Positions 21,701 to 31,938 of a stretch of DNA of 64,000 bases are shown here, in pieces; position 1 is the first letter of the stretch; each line of letters starts with the position of its first letter. Below the pieces are notes generated by a model. That model was not told the DNA's origin. It made no database searches and saw only the letters and a list, made by a program, of their open reading frames with translations. The position numbers and the translations under genes are program-made. Origin of the DNA: an uncultured delta proteobacterium. GTDB taxonomy: Bacteria > Myxococcota_A > Polyangia > Polyangiales > Polyangiaceae. The DNA lies in assembly GCA_963696385.1 (NCBI GenBank), contig CAVOKF010000007.1, positions 1,056,001 through 1,120,000 on the forward strand, given 5' to 3'.

Positions 21701-22094
21701 ACCGGGTGAGCAAATCGATGGCTTCGGCGCGCAGCTCCTTGGTCTTCACGAGGTCGGCGGAGACCCGCGCATCCAGTCGGGCCTTGAGCTGGACTCGCAA
21801 AGCGTCGGGAATTTTCGGACCGCGAATGGCCGGCTCCCCGGCCGCCCCCTCGTGCGGCAGACCCTGGGTCGCGCCCCGCCCGCTCAGGGGGGGTCTGGGG
21901 CTTCCCGCAAGAGTCCGCTCGGCCGCCGGCTGAATCGCACCACCGGAAAGGCCCGGGGCCCCCCCCAGGGTCGTCCCGGCGGATTCAGCGCCCTTGGGGT
22001 TGACCCGCTTGACATCCGCCCCAAAGGAGGAAGCGGCGAGCCCTCCCAAGAAAATCCACGAACCGGCCATTCCGGCGAGCGCACCGATCCGCAT
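18753..22094 (-). CDS. GltD/AgmU-like large periplasmic TPR protein
   Basis: 1113 aa with signal peptide and TPRs (ALFKSAWCYW, WTTAALYQIG); ATGA overlap with the next gene. Confidence 0.75.
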   Translation of the reverse strand: MRIGALAGMAGSWIFLGGLAASSFGADVKRVNPKGAESAGTTLGGAPGLSGGAIQPAAERTLAGSPRPPLSGRGATQGLPHEGAAGEPAIRGPKIPDALRVQLKARLDARVSADLVKTKELRAEAIDLLTRFIAEAPRDAREMPEALVRLGELQWENEREAFVARFEAWDKKPVDQRGPAPELEYRAPREMFGRVLRDYPWFDQYDLALYVDGFLAFEQGKEDEARERFERILRDYPQSRFVPDAHMAKAESIFNGKFDYAGALAEYDRVLESKSQIDPALYGLALFKSAWCYWRLGNSDEAARRFVGVFEATEPGAQARGARSGVSAADRRQLDELQGEALKYVVEVFSEDEKNTAQDLYAFLEKIGGERFSGKIVRALGEQFFDQAHYERGIEAYELLIKLEPTSRDTGRWLLKIAAGYDALEDWTHLKTTFERAIAQTTSGGPWSRTQTDAGNVTATTAAIERQLRDDATSLHAKAQRDKTSTAEFEGAAGLYDVYLSRFAQEPKAYEVHFDVAEVDFFRLGRNVDAAIHYLAAARAIPAGETSGPLATTRHDALYNALVALSRAMDAKLPPEGRVAGADPIDLYAEALELYAHYYPRDAELPAMFYRQGRYFFDGGKYDLAVKIWGMLIEKFPNSDPSRNAGESILESFSRAKNYENIETWARRLKALSSFSAAKQQERLDALIVVAVFKQGEQKAAAGDHAAAAAAYLRAAKEFPRDARAAQACVNAEQEAKLAGDVKTLEEAAQLAMGTLYATRPESPAGAWIATTTLEAMGLFGEAADVAERMASLGDREHANYCRFEHEKDAAYNAVVLREATGDHTRAILDGKKFLTAYGGTPDSDEIVLQVGRAEQSAGHLNDAAELYRRYLGHAKNVDHRMQGWVLLAQVELKLGDERSAAVSLDQALAFAKQHARELGADGKYAGSHARYMQGERTLAKFEHIQIQGDVKQLKARLKQKADLLREAAKSFLECVSLGVAEWTTAALYQIGHMYESFAKALRDSPPPPDVKTDDQKVEYQAQIEEFAVPMEERSLDAYENGWKKATDLGIYNQWTAKMREALGRLNSELYPPFNETGFEVRSQGPLPLPALIDAPNRSPATANEPSHTKATR

Positions 22095-22295
22095 GACAAT
22101 TCGGGGTCATGCTACCGGGTCGACCGGTCGGTGGCGATGCAGTCCGAGGCTCCCTTCGGTGATTCGTACGAGTACGGCGCCCTCGGGCGTTGCTGAATCG
22201 GCGGGACGCTATCATAATGACGCGTTTCGTCGTGCGGGCCGCACGCGGGTGCGTGTACCTTGCGAACGTCAATAGAAAAGTGGGAGAGCTGCCCG

Positions 22296-25200
22296 ATGCG
22301 TACGCGCGAAGTGGGCCGAGTCGTATTCATGTTCTTGCTGGTGAGCCTCACGGGGCTCACCGCGGTATCGTGCGGGACTTCCCCGGAGGGCAGCACGTTT
22401 CCGCTGGACGGGTCGGCGCGCGATAGCGCGACCTCCGGGGTGAGCGACAGCGCGACCTCGGGCGTGAGCGACAGTGCCACCTCGTCGACCCAACCAGTGA
22501 TCACGGGGAACGAGGCCGGTGCGAGCCAATGCGTGCCGGAGACATGTGCAGGTCACAACTATTGCGGTATGAACGGCGATGGGTGCGGGGGCACGATCGA
22601 TTGCGGCGCGTGCGCGGCGCCGCAGTACTGCGGCGGCGGCGGGTACAGCCTGTGCGGCATAGGGGACGGCGGGGCGCCGGATGCTGGCGCGCCGGATGGG
22701 AGCGCGACCTGCATTCCCAGCACCTGCGAGGAGCTGGGCTACGATTGCGGCTTGGCGGGCGACGGATGCAACGGCATCCTGGTGTGCGGCGAAGGGCCGG
22801 ACGGCGGGCCGATCACTCTTGCGGCAGCCGACGCCGCAGTCGATGGGGGAGCCGCGTCCTGTCCCGCACCCGAATACTGTGGCGGCGGCGGGTACAACCG
22901 GTGCGGAATACGGTTGGACGGCGGAACGGAGGCCGGCGCGACTTGCACTCCCAGCACCTGCGAGGAGCTGGACTACGATTGCGGCTTGGCGAGCGACGGT
23001 TGCAACGGCATCTTGGCGTGCGGCCAAGGGCCGGGCGGCGGGTCAATCACTCTTGCGGCAGCCGACGCCGGAGTCGACGGGGGAGCCACGACCTGTCCCG
23101 CGCCCCAGTACTGCGGCGGCGGCGGGTACAACCGGTGCGGCGGACTCCCCTTGGACGGCGGACCCCAGGATTCGGCCGTCGGGACCTGCACTCCGCAAAC
23201 GTGCGGGGGCCTCGGTGATGATTGCGGCGCAGTGGGCGACGGCTGCGGCAACATTCTGCAGTGCGGCTCGTGCGCGGCACCCTACTACTGCGGCGGAGCC
23301 GGCCCCAACCGGTGCGGCGGTTCGACCGGATTCGGCCCGGACGGAGGACCGATCTGCACCCCAACCACTTGCGCCGCACTCGAGGACAATTGCGGCCCCG
23401 TCGGGGATGGTTGCGGCAACCTTCTTCAGTGCGGATCGTGCACCATGCCGGAGTTTTGCGGCGGTAGCGGTCCCAACAAGTGCGGCGGATCCACCGGATA
23501 CGGCCCGGACGGCGGACCGATCAACGTTTGCGTGCCCACCACCTGCGCCGCACTCTTGGACAATTGCGGTCCGGTTGGGGATGGCTGCGGCAACCTTCTT
23601 CAGTGCGGCTCGTGCACGGCACCCGAATACTGCGGCGGAGCCGGCCCCAACAAGTGCGGCGGATTCCACCGGATACGGCGCCGACGGCGGCCCGGTCAAT
23701 CCGTGCACGCCCAAGACCTGCAGCGGGCTCGGGTACAATTGCGGGTCAATCGGAGATGGCTGCGGCAACCTTCTTCAGTGCGGGGTTTGTGGCGTGCTCG
23801 ACACCTGCGGCGGAGCCGGTACGGCCGGCCAGTGCGGCCACCCGTGCCCCGGTGACGGGGGGCTTTGCCCCTATCAAGAGAGCTGCGACGGCGGGACGAC
23901 CACCGTTCTCACCGGTCGAGTCGAAGCCGGTATCTCCAGGTTTCTCAACCCGAATTTGGCCGCGAATCCGCTGCCGTTCCCGCCGGATCCCGTACCGAAC
24001 GTCCTCGTGTACATTCCCAATTCCGCGCTCACCGCGTTCACGCCCGGCGTCACGCCCGGCCAGTGCCCCCAGTGCGCGGCTGACGTCAGCGGATCCCCGC
24101 TGGTCTCGACGTACACGAACTACGACGGCACGTTCACGCTCTCGGGCGTGCCGACGCCCCCCGCAGGCACCCCGCTCTCCATCGTGATTCAGCTCGGACG
24201 CTGGCGGCGCGAGTTCCAAATCGCAACGCCGACGCCGTGCACGACATCGGCTGTTGCACCGGTCGGCTTGCCGGCGGGCGTCCTCAACTTGCCCCGCAAT
24301 CAGGGCGAGGGAGACATTCCACTCACGGCGGTGTCGACCGGCAACGTCGACGCGCTCGAATGCGTGCTGCTCAAGCTGGGCGTCGACCAGGCGGAGTTCA
24401 CGTCCAATACGCCGGCCGCCGGAACCCCGCTCGGTCGCATTCACATCTACGCGGGTGGGCCCGGGAGCAACGGGGGCAACGCCGGCGCGACGGTGCCCAA
24501 CGCGAATCCCGAAGCGAGTCTCATGGCCACCGCGACCTACTTGAACTACGACCAAATCCTATTCCCCTGCTGGGGGTCTCCCGCGATCAAGACGCCGGCC
24601 GAACTGGCGAACCTGGTGACGTACGCGGACTCCGGCGGTCACTTCTTCGCGACGCATTACAGCTACTCGTGGCTTCGCAATAACGGCGAGTTCAACGCCG
24701 TCGCCAATTGGGACATCCCTAATGGAGCCAACGACGCGGATAACCCCGGCAACGGTCCGTGGACGCTCAATGTGAGGCCCCAACCGCCCGTCGTCGCCCC
24801 TCCCCTGCACGCCGGCGTGTTCTATCAGTGGCTCAACTACGTTTGCGCACTTTCGAACTCGACCGGAGTATGCACGCCCGCGGACCCGTACAACGTCCTG
24901 CCCTTCAACCTGCCGCCACCGGCCGGGACTGGCGTCGAGGGGCCCGAGGTTTCGATAGCCAGTCCCCGGTTCGATGTCGCCAGCGTCCCGCCCACGTCGG
25001 TCGACTGGATCGACGGCAACGATCAGAACAAGACCTCCGCGGTATACGGCGACGCGCTCGTCGAGCACTTCACGTTCAACACGCCGGTCCCGATCGGCGA
25101 CGCAGGGGGCTTGCAGTGCGGACACGCGATTTACAGCGACTTCCACGTCGCGAACGTGACCGTAAACAACTTGCCACCGGCAGAACGGACGTTTCCCGGA

Positions 25201-26058
25201 GAATGCGCGCCGGGGTTCACCCCTCAGGAGAAGATCCTCGAGTACATGCTCTTCGATCTGGCGTCCTGCGTGCAGCCCGCGGTGGTCGCGTGTCTGCCGC
25301 AGACTTGCGTCGAGCAGGGGTTGGCGTGCGGACCGTCGAGCGATGGTTGCGGCAATGCGCTCGACTGCGGGACTTGCCCGACGGGGCTCACATGCGGCGG
25401 CGGCGGCACTCCGGGTCAGTGCGGTGCGCCCGAAGGCGGCACCTGCACTCCCGTCACGTGCAATGAGCAGCATCTTTCCTGCGGACCGGCCGGAGACGGC
25501 TGCGGCAACGTCATCGCGGGCGGATGCGGCACCTGCCCCGCGGGCGAAACCTGCGGGGGTGGCGGCACGCCAGGGGTATGTGGTGCTCCCGACGGGGGCG
25601 CCTGCATACCCGAGACCTGCGCTCAGCAACACATCAGCTGCGGGCCGGCCGGAGACGGTTGCGGAAATCAGATCGCGGGCGGATGCGGCACCTGCCCCGC
25701 GGGCGAAACCTGTGGAGGCGGCGGCACTCCGGGGGCATGCGGCGCTCCCGACGGGGGCGCCTGCGTAGCCGAGACTTGCGCTCAGCAACACATCAGCTGC
25801 GGACCGGCCGGAGACGGCTGCGGAAACCTCCTGCAGTGCGGCACATGCCCGGCGGGCCAGACGTGCGGCGGCGGGGGCGCGCCGGGCGTATGCGGTGGCG
25901 GCGTTTGCACTCCGTACACGTGCATGACGCTCGGGTACAATTGCGGGCCGGCCGGAGACGGCTGCGGAAACCTGCTGCAATGCGGCACATGCCCGGCCGG
26001 CGAGACCTGCGGCGGCGGAGGCCAGGCCGGTGTTTGTGGCAGCAACGGCCCGCGGTAG
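22296..26058 (+). CDS. Large Cys-repeat lipoprotein (~1253 aa after repairing a +1 frameshift at 23664-23665)
   Basis: Lipobox TAVSC, seven 8-Cys repeats, a central globular domain (VPNVLVYIP, QLGRWRR, FSD-like YSDFHV), then five more repeats. The extra T is evident against the sister repeat at 23487-23495. Confidence 0.85.
22422..22484 (+). repeat. 24-bp tandem repeat x~3 encoding DSATSGVS
   Basis: Read directly from the sequence. Confidence 0.85.
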
Positions 26059-26133
26059 GCGGCGTGCGGCGGTGCCTCGGGGCCGATCCCGAGGCACACG
26101 CAAGCGTGAGCTACACCGCGCTACCCGTCTCGC

Positions 26134-28141
26134 TCATCGGACTTCCCCCCCGACGTACTCGTCGGGCCAGTCGTCCCCTTCGAAGGGCCAGTATTCCTCG
26201 TTGTCTTCGAGGTAGCGAGCCGCATCGAGGGAATCGACCGCATCCTGCGGCAAGTAGCCGAGTCGGATCGCCTCGACCTCCACTTCGAGCGCGCGCTTGC
26301 GTCCGAGCACGCTCTCGATGCGCCCCAATCGCGCGCGGCGCAGCAGACGAGAGAGTCGCAGATCGAGGCGATGAAGCGCGTCCTTGGCCAGCATACGTTC
26401 GGTGCCATCCAGCGCCGAGCGCGTGAGAGCGACGCGCCGCTGCAGCTGCACGACTTTGGCACCGTCGGCTCGGAGCAAGTCGGGCAGGTCGGCGCCCGGC
26501 GCGGCGGCGCCCTCTTCGGCCGACACGGCGCCGGCCTCGACGTCATTGGGCAGTTGCCTCTGAAGGTCGGCAAGCTGTCGGCGCATGAGCGCGACTTCGG
26601 CGGGGGGGTTGCGCGTCGCCTCCAAGTCGGCGAGCTGCTGCTCGACGCCGTGGAGGGCGTCGCGTACTTCACCGACCTTCTGCACGCTCTCCGGCGCGAA
26701 CTCGGCGGCAGGCCGCACGCCGCCGTTGGTGGCGAGAGCACGTTGCATCTCGCCGACCGCCGCCATGGCGGACGCCAATCCCGATGCTTCGCGCTCGAGG
26801 ACTGCGCGCCGACGCAGGATCCGATCGTACAGCGTATCGACGCGGACGAGAGCGGCGACGGTCCGCACGACGTCGGCGGTACCGAACCCGACCTCGGCTC
26901 CGCCCGCGTCCACGCCGGAGTGAACGGCGGCGAGCAGCCGCTGCGTCGCCAAGTCACTCTCGGCGATGCGCCGGGCCGCATCACGAACCGGCTCGTAACG
27001 CGCCAAAAACTCCGTGAGTTCCTTGTCGGCGTCCGCGAATCGACAGCGCGCCAGGTCCACCCACGCCCCCAGCACCCAAGCTTCGTCCTCGTACCGGTGA
27101 TGCAAATGAAGCGCCGCCAGTTCATCGAGAAGATCGCGCGCGCCGTCGTAGTCCTTCTTCTCGTAGCGCGTGGTGGCGGCCTCGTAGAGCGCCTCGGCGA
27201 GGCGATCCGAGTCCTGGGGTACGAGGTAGTAGTAGTAACGCGCGTCGTCGTTGCGTCCCTGTTCGTGCGCGACCCGGCCCAATCCGAGGCGAGCGAGGTC
27301 CCGAACCGCGAAGAACTTCTCGTCGGCGAAGACCGGGGTCGTCGCCGCACTGCGCTTGGGGTCGGCCACCTTGCAGAGCAGCTCCTCTCCACGCTTCAAG
27401 TTGCCCTTCTCGACTTGGATGAGCGCGGACAAGTACATGGCCTGCGCCCAGAACCGACTCCGCTCGGTCACCGTTCCATACGCGGCGAGCGCAGCATCGG
27501 GATGGCCGGCGGCTTCCTCGGCGTGACCGTTCATATAGGCAATCTCGCCACGCACCTCCTCGGACGCGCTGGGCGGAACGTTCTGCACGTCGCGCGCGCC
27601 TTGGTCGAATGCAGCCGTATCGAGCGCGATGTCGACGAGGCGCCGAACCGCACGCCTCGCCCACAGTTGGGCGGACCCGTAGCCGATCCAGGCGTCGTTC
27701 GCGTCGACGAGCCGTCGGAGGTAGCCCCGCGCCGGCTCGGCGATTCCGGCGGTGGCCAACGCGTCGCCCAGTCGGAAGACGGCAGCCCGGCCTTCTTCTG
27801 TGCGTGCGAACAGAATCGAACTGGGCATTTTCGACAATCTCTACGAGTCGAGCGATGGCTTCGTCGACGCGCCCGGATGCCACGAGATTTTCGGCCTCGG
27901 CAACACGCGCTCCGATGTCCTCGCGGCGGATTTCGGTTTGGCCGAGACGGCGCGCGAGCAGCGCGGCGTGATACGCGCGAAGGGCCTCCGCGAAAAGTGA
28001 GTCCGTTGTCGTCCCTGACGTCGAGGTCGGAGCGGGAGTCGCGGTCGCGGTCACAGTCGAAGGGCCCGATGGTTCGGGCTCGGCCCTTACGGCCGCGGCG
28101 AAAAGCGGCCACGCGAGGAACGGTACGAGAAGCGCTCGCAT
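26134..28141 (-). CDS. GltC-like TPR protein, +1 frameshift at ~27814
   Basis: Signal peptide in ORF 27122..28147. TPR body and C-terminal EEYWPFEGDDWPDE in ORF 26134..27837. Confidence 0.75.
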
Positions 28142-28146
28142 GCCCA

Positions 28147-28944
28147 TTACCTCGAAAGCGGCGCCACCTTCGCTCGCGCCCGGACACGCAGATCGTAGCG
28201 CCCGTCGTGCTCGGACGGGAAATCGGCGCCCATGTTCGAGTCGTCCCAGAGACTCAGATCGACCAAGAGCCTCTGATCGCTCGGAACGTCGACGACGAAA
28301 CGCGAACGCTGCGAGGAGCGAAATGCGTCGTTTCGATCGTCACGCCGCTCGACGTCGACCGCGATGGCGTGGTGGCCCGGCGCGACGGCGTGCTCGTATA
28401 CGGTCACGAACCCGTCCGGCCGAAAGGGCGACGGCGACGTCCAGACGACGCCATCGTCCAGCCATACGCTCAGGTTTGCCATGCGCGCGTGGTCGCCATT
28501 CGAATCGATCCGGATCGCGACGTGAGAGTGGAAGAGCGTGTCGCCGACCGCCGCGACACGAGCGCGAAGCGATGCGATGTCGGCCAGCAAGCGATCGTAG
28601 TCGGGCGCCGGCTTCGAAGCCCCACCGTCGGAGAATTCGTTGGGAGCTGGGTTGAGGGGCGACAGCCTCCCACCATCCGCAGTCACGTCCGGTGGAGGAG
28701 CGGGGATCGCGCCACCGCTCGAGGCCAGCGGCACTCCCGACTCCGGGCTGCGCGAAGGCTGGGCGCTTGGCAGGAAGTCATCGTTCGACGTGTCGACGGC
28801 CGAGGCCGCGGGTTTTGGCTTCGAACCGGGACGCGCCGATCGGCTCGATGGCTGCGCGACCGCGAGCGTGCCCAGGACGAGCACCGCGAGCAGTATCAGC
28901 CCGGCGCTCAGCGCGCGTCCGCGGGTAGGGGTCAACGCGATCAC
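28147..28944 (-). CDS. Secreted hypothetical protein (low-complexity linker, coiled coil, C-terminal beta-sandwich-like domain)
   Basis: C-terminal part of ORF 28147..29940, with a hydrophobic signal (LILLAVLVLGTLAVA). GTG start inferred. Confidence 0.65.
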   Translation of the reverse strand: MIALTPTRGRALSAGLILLAVLVLGTLAVAQPSSRSARPGSKPKPAASAVDTSNDDFLPSAQPSRSPESGVPLASSGGAIPAPPPDVTADGGRLSPLNPAPNEFSDGGASKPAPDYDRLLADIASLRARVAAVGDTLFHSHVAIRIDSNGDHARMANLSVWLDDGVVWTSPSPFRPDGFVTVYEHAVAPGHHAIAVDVERRDDRNDAFRSSQRSRFVVDVPSDQRLLVDLSLWDDSNMGADFPSEHDGRYDLRVRARAKVAPLSR

Positions 28945-28985
28945 GATGCGATGGTGCCTCCGAAAACGGCCGTCCGCTATGCCCT

Positions 28986-29678
28986 TCAGCCTCCGAAGGG
29001 AACGAAGGCACTTGCCCCGAACGTGACCAGCACGTCGTTGACCAGATGCTGGTCGCCCACCAGGGTCTCGTCGAGAACGTGATCGCGCACATCGAGGCGC
29101 AGCGCAAACCATGAGCCGAAGAAGAGCTTTGCCCCGAGCCCGGCGCTGCCGGTGACGCCGAGCGACGTCGAATCGTCGGTGACTCCGGCGCCAACGGCGA
29201 GGTTGAAGTCGAAATGGCTGATGCCGCCGCCCATCCAGCGGAGCTTGCCGTACGCGAATGTCCAAATGAGGTGACCGAAGTACAACCTTCCAGGTTGGTC
29301 GGGCTGGTCGAGTACTTGGATGTCGGGGTAGCGCCGCTCGTACGATTCCGTGACGGCGCTGCGAAAGCGCGCAAACTGCACGCTGGCCTCGAGCCCGAGG
29401 TCTTCGCTGAAGTGGAACGTGTAGGCCCCGCCCGCGAGCCAGCTCGATGAGTAGAGGTCCGCGGCGTAGACCCCACCCATGGCGGACAGCTCGTGCCGAA
29501 ACGCCTTGGTGAAGAGGCGTTCTTGGACGCCACGGTAATGACGACCGCCGACCAGTTGCTGCTTGAGCTCGTCGTCGACGCACTGAGCGCCGGCGTCCCG
29601 AGCACCGCTCGCAACGCCAAGCGTCCCCGCGACGACGGCGAATGCGGCGCGGCGAACCAAGCGGAAGCGCATCCGCAT
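28986..29678 (-). CDS. Myxobacterial outer-membrane beta-barrel (GltA/B/H-like)
   Basis: Signal peptide, VQERLFTKAFRHELS, YGK, and a C-terminal strand ending AFVPF; heads the glt-like cluster. Confidence 0.75.
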   Translation of the reverse strand: MRMRFRLVRRAAFAVVAGTLGVASGARDAGAQCVDDELKQQLVGGRHYRGVQERLFTKAFRHELSAMGGVYAADLYSSSWLAGGAYTFHFSEDLGLEASVQFARFRSAVTESYERRYPDIQVLDQPDQPGRLYFGHLIWTFAYGKLRWMGGGISHFDFNLAVGAGVTDDSTSLGVTGSAGLGAKLFFGSWFALRLDVRDHVLDETLVGDQHLVNDVLVTFGASAFVPFGG

Positions 29679-29758
29679 CCTGGTCGGAGTAACAGGCCCC
29701 GATCGAAACTGTCAACGACGGTGGACGCCCGGGCCCGGCGCGGCCACGATCGACTCCG

Positions 29759-30565
29759 ATGGCGCCGTCTTTACCCTGTGCCCTTGCCGTCGGCGGGCTG
29801 GACCCGGGCGGCGGCGCCGGCATCGCGGCAGATTTACGTGCGTTCGCCGCTGCCGGAACGTTCGGATGCGCGGCCATCGCCGTTCTGACCGTCCAGTCGA
29901 CGGCGGGGTTGCGCCGTGCGTATCCCGTCGCCGCCCACAAGGTGACCGCTCAGGCCGAAGAGGTGATGGGGCACCAGCGGGTTCGGGCCGTCAAAGTCGG
30001 GGCCCTCGGCAGTCGGGAGAACGTGCGTGCCGTCGCGCGCTTGATGGCGCGCTATCCCGATGTCCCGTTCGTCGTCGACACGCCGATGCGACCGACCCGG
30101 GGCCGTGGGCCTCTTTTACCCAAGGAAGCCGGCGCTGCTCTGAGAGACGACCTCCTGCCGCGCGCGACGGTCGTAACGCTCAACGTCCCCGAGGTTCGAG
30201 CGTTGCTCGGAGCACGCTTGAGAAACCTCGACGACGCGCGCCTCGCGGCGCAACGGCTCGCCCAAGAGGGACCCCGGGTCGTGCTCGTGAAGGCAGGGCA
30301 CATGACCGGGCCCTTGGCGACGGACGTGGCCATCGTCGACGGCCTCGCAGTCGAATTGCGCGCGCGCCGTCTTCGCATTCCGCCCACACACGGCAGCGGC
30401 TGCACGCTGGCCTCCCTCATCGCCGGCCGTCTCGCTCACTCGACCTCCGCACGTCCCCATGGCGAGACGATTCTCGCGGCGCTTCGCTGGGCCAAGCGAG
30501 TGCATCACGCCGCACTCGCCCGCACGGTGCGTGTCGGAGAGGGACTGCGGGTTCTGATCTTCTGA
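29759..30565 (+). CDS. thiD: Hydroxymethylpyrimidine/phosphomethylpyrimidine kinase
   Basis: GLDPGGGAGIAADL, VKVGAL, THGSGCTLAS. Confidence 0.9.
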   Translation: MAPSLPCALAVGGLDPGGGAGIAADLRAFAAAGTFGCAAIAVLTVQSTAGLRRAYPVAAHKVTAQAEEVMGHQRVRAVKVGALGSRENVRAVARLMARYPDVPFVVDTPMRPTRGRGPLLPKEAGAALRDDLLPRATVVTLNVPEVRALLGARLRNLDDARLAAQRLAQEGPRVVLVKAGHMTGPLATDVAIVDGLAVELRARRLRIPPTHGSGCTLASLIAGRLAHSTSARPHGETILAALRWAKRVHHAALARTVRVGEGLRVLIF

Positions 30566-30588
30566 TGGGCGGGTCCGCGCGACACGAC

Positions 30589-31938
30589 TCATGTCGTGTA
30601 GTCGGCGTTGATGTCGATGTATCCGTGACTCAAGTCACACCCCCAGACGGTCGCCGCATGCCGTCCGGCCCCGATGCGGACGTCGATGAACACCCGCGTC
30701 GAGCTCTTGATCGCCCTTGCCAGGGCGGCCAGATCGACCTCGATGGCCTCCGACCGAGCGAAAACCGTGTGTCCCATCAGCGTGATCGTCAAGTCGGCGG
30801 GGGAAATTGCACGAATGGCGACCCGTTCGTCCGGCTTGCCGATGGCCATGACGATCCGGCCCCAGTTTGGGTCCCCTCCATGCATCGCGGTCTTCACGAG
30901 CGGAGAGTTGACGACTCTTTTGGCGACGAGGACCGCATCCGCGACGCCGGTATCGAGGCGGACGGTGCACTCGATGAGTTTGGTGGCACCCTCGGCCTGG
31001 ATCACGACGTCGCGCGCGAGCTTGAGCGACATACAGCGAACCGCGTCGACGAAATCCGATCGGGACGCGTCGTCGAGCGAGGCGCGACGGGTCGAAAACA
31101 CGACGACGCTGTCGCTCGTGCTCGTGTCCGAATCCACGCTCAGGCGATTGAACGTGCGGTCGACCGCGCCCGAGAGAATCTCGTGGAGCGCCGGCGGCGT
31201 AACGTCGGCGTTCGTGAAAAAATAGACGAGCATGGTGGCCATGTTCGGCTCGATCATGCCGGCTCCTTTGGCCAGCCCGCACACGACGACATCGCCGATC
31301 CGCACCGAGCAGACCTTCGGCCTCCGGTCGGTCGTCAGGATGGCGCGAGAGACCTCGTCGAGCGCCATCGGGCGGAGCCTTCGAGAAACGCCGGCGATGG
31401 CCGCGCGCACCTTGTCCATGGGCAGCGGGACGCCGATCACACCGGTAAACGACAGCACGACGTCGTTCGCATCGACCCCGAGCTCCGCGGCCAACCACTG
31501 GGCCGTCATGAGCGTGTCCGCGTCGCCGTGGGGGGTAAAGACGTTCGCGTTCTTGCTGACGACTGCGAGGGCTTGCGCGCGTCCATCGGCCAGAACCTCG
31601 CGGTCGAAGCGCACGGCGAAACCAGGGCACAGACTCTTGGTGAATACCCCGGCGGCAGCCCCCGGCTCATCGAGCTTGACCACCGAGAAGTCGAGGACAC
31701 CCTCGTACTTGATTCCCGCCGCCATGGCGGCGGCGCGCACTCCTTCCGGTTGGTGGGCGAGGGTCGGCTCGATGGCGACGTCGCGACCCAGCAGGCGCGA
31801 CCGAAAGCTCACGACGTCATCCGAGGGATCATCGGACTGGGCCGGCTCGAGATACGCGTTCCAGTCCTCGAAGACTTTGCGCCTCACGGGGCGGTCACCC
31901 TGCCATGAGTGGGCCTCCGCGTCACGCCCGTCCGTCAC
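30589..31938 (-). CDS. argJ: Ornithine acetyltransferase / glutamate N-acetyltransferase
   Basis: TGVIG, ILTTD, KGAGMIEPNMATML, DTSTSD, SPLVKTA, DPNWGRI. GTG 31938 overlaps the upstream TGA; the start could be further downstream. Confidence 0.9.
   Translation of the reverse strand: MTDGRDAEAHSWQGDRPVRRKVFEDWNAYLEPAQSDDPSDDVVSFRSRLLGRDVAIEPTLAHQPEGVRAAAMAAGIKYEGVLDFSVVKLDEPGAAAGVFTKSLCPGFAVRFDREVLADGRAQALAVVSKNANVFTPHGDADTLMTAQWLAAELGVDANDVVLSFTGVIGVPLPMDKVRAAIAGVSRRLRPMALDEVSRAILTTDRRPKVCSVRIGDVVVCGLAKGAGMIEPNMATMLVYFFTNADVTPPALHEILSGAVDRTFNRLSVDSDTSTSDSVVVFSTRRASLDDASRSDFVDAVRCMSLKLARDVVIQAEGATKLIECTVRLDTGVADAVLVAKRVVNSPLVKTAMHGGDPNWGRIVMAIGKPDERVAIRAISPADLTITLMGHTVFARSEAIEVDLAALARAIKSSTRVFIDVRIGAGRHAATVWGCDLSHGYIDINADYTT

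Noticed and set aside
19980..22196. Long alternative-frame ORFs (for example 19980..22196, 26371..29082, 29866..31908, 48438..50456)
   Set aside because: These are shadow ORFs expected at high GC and overlap well-supported genes.
22700..26040. Regular DNA repeats as a CRISPR array or mobile element
   Set aside because: They are in-frame coding repeats with no unique spacers, cas genes or transposase.
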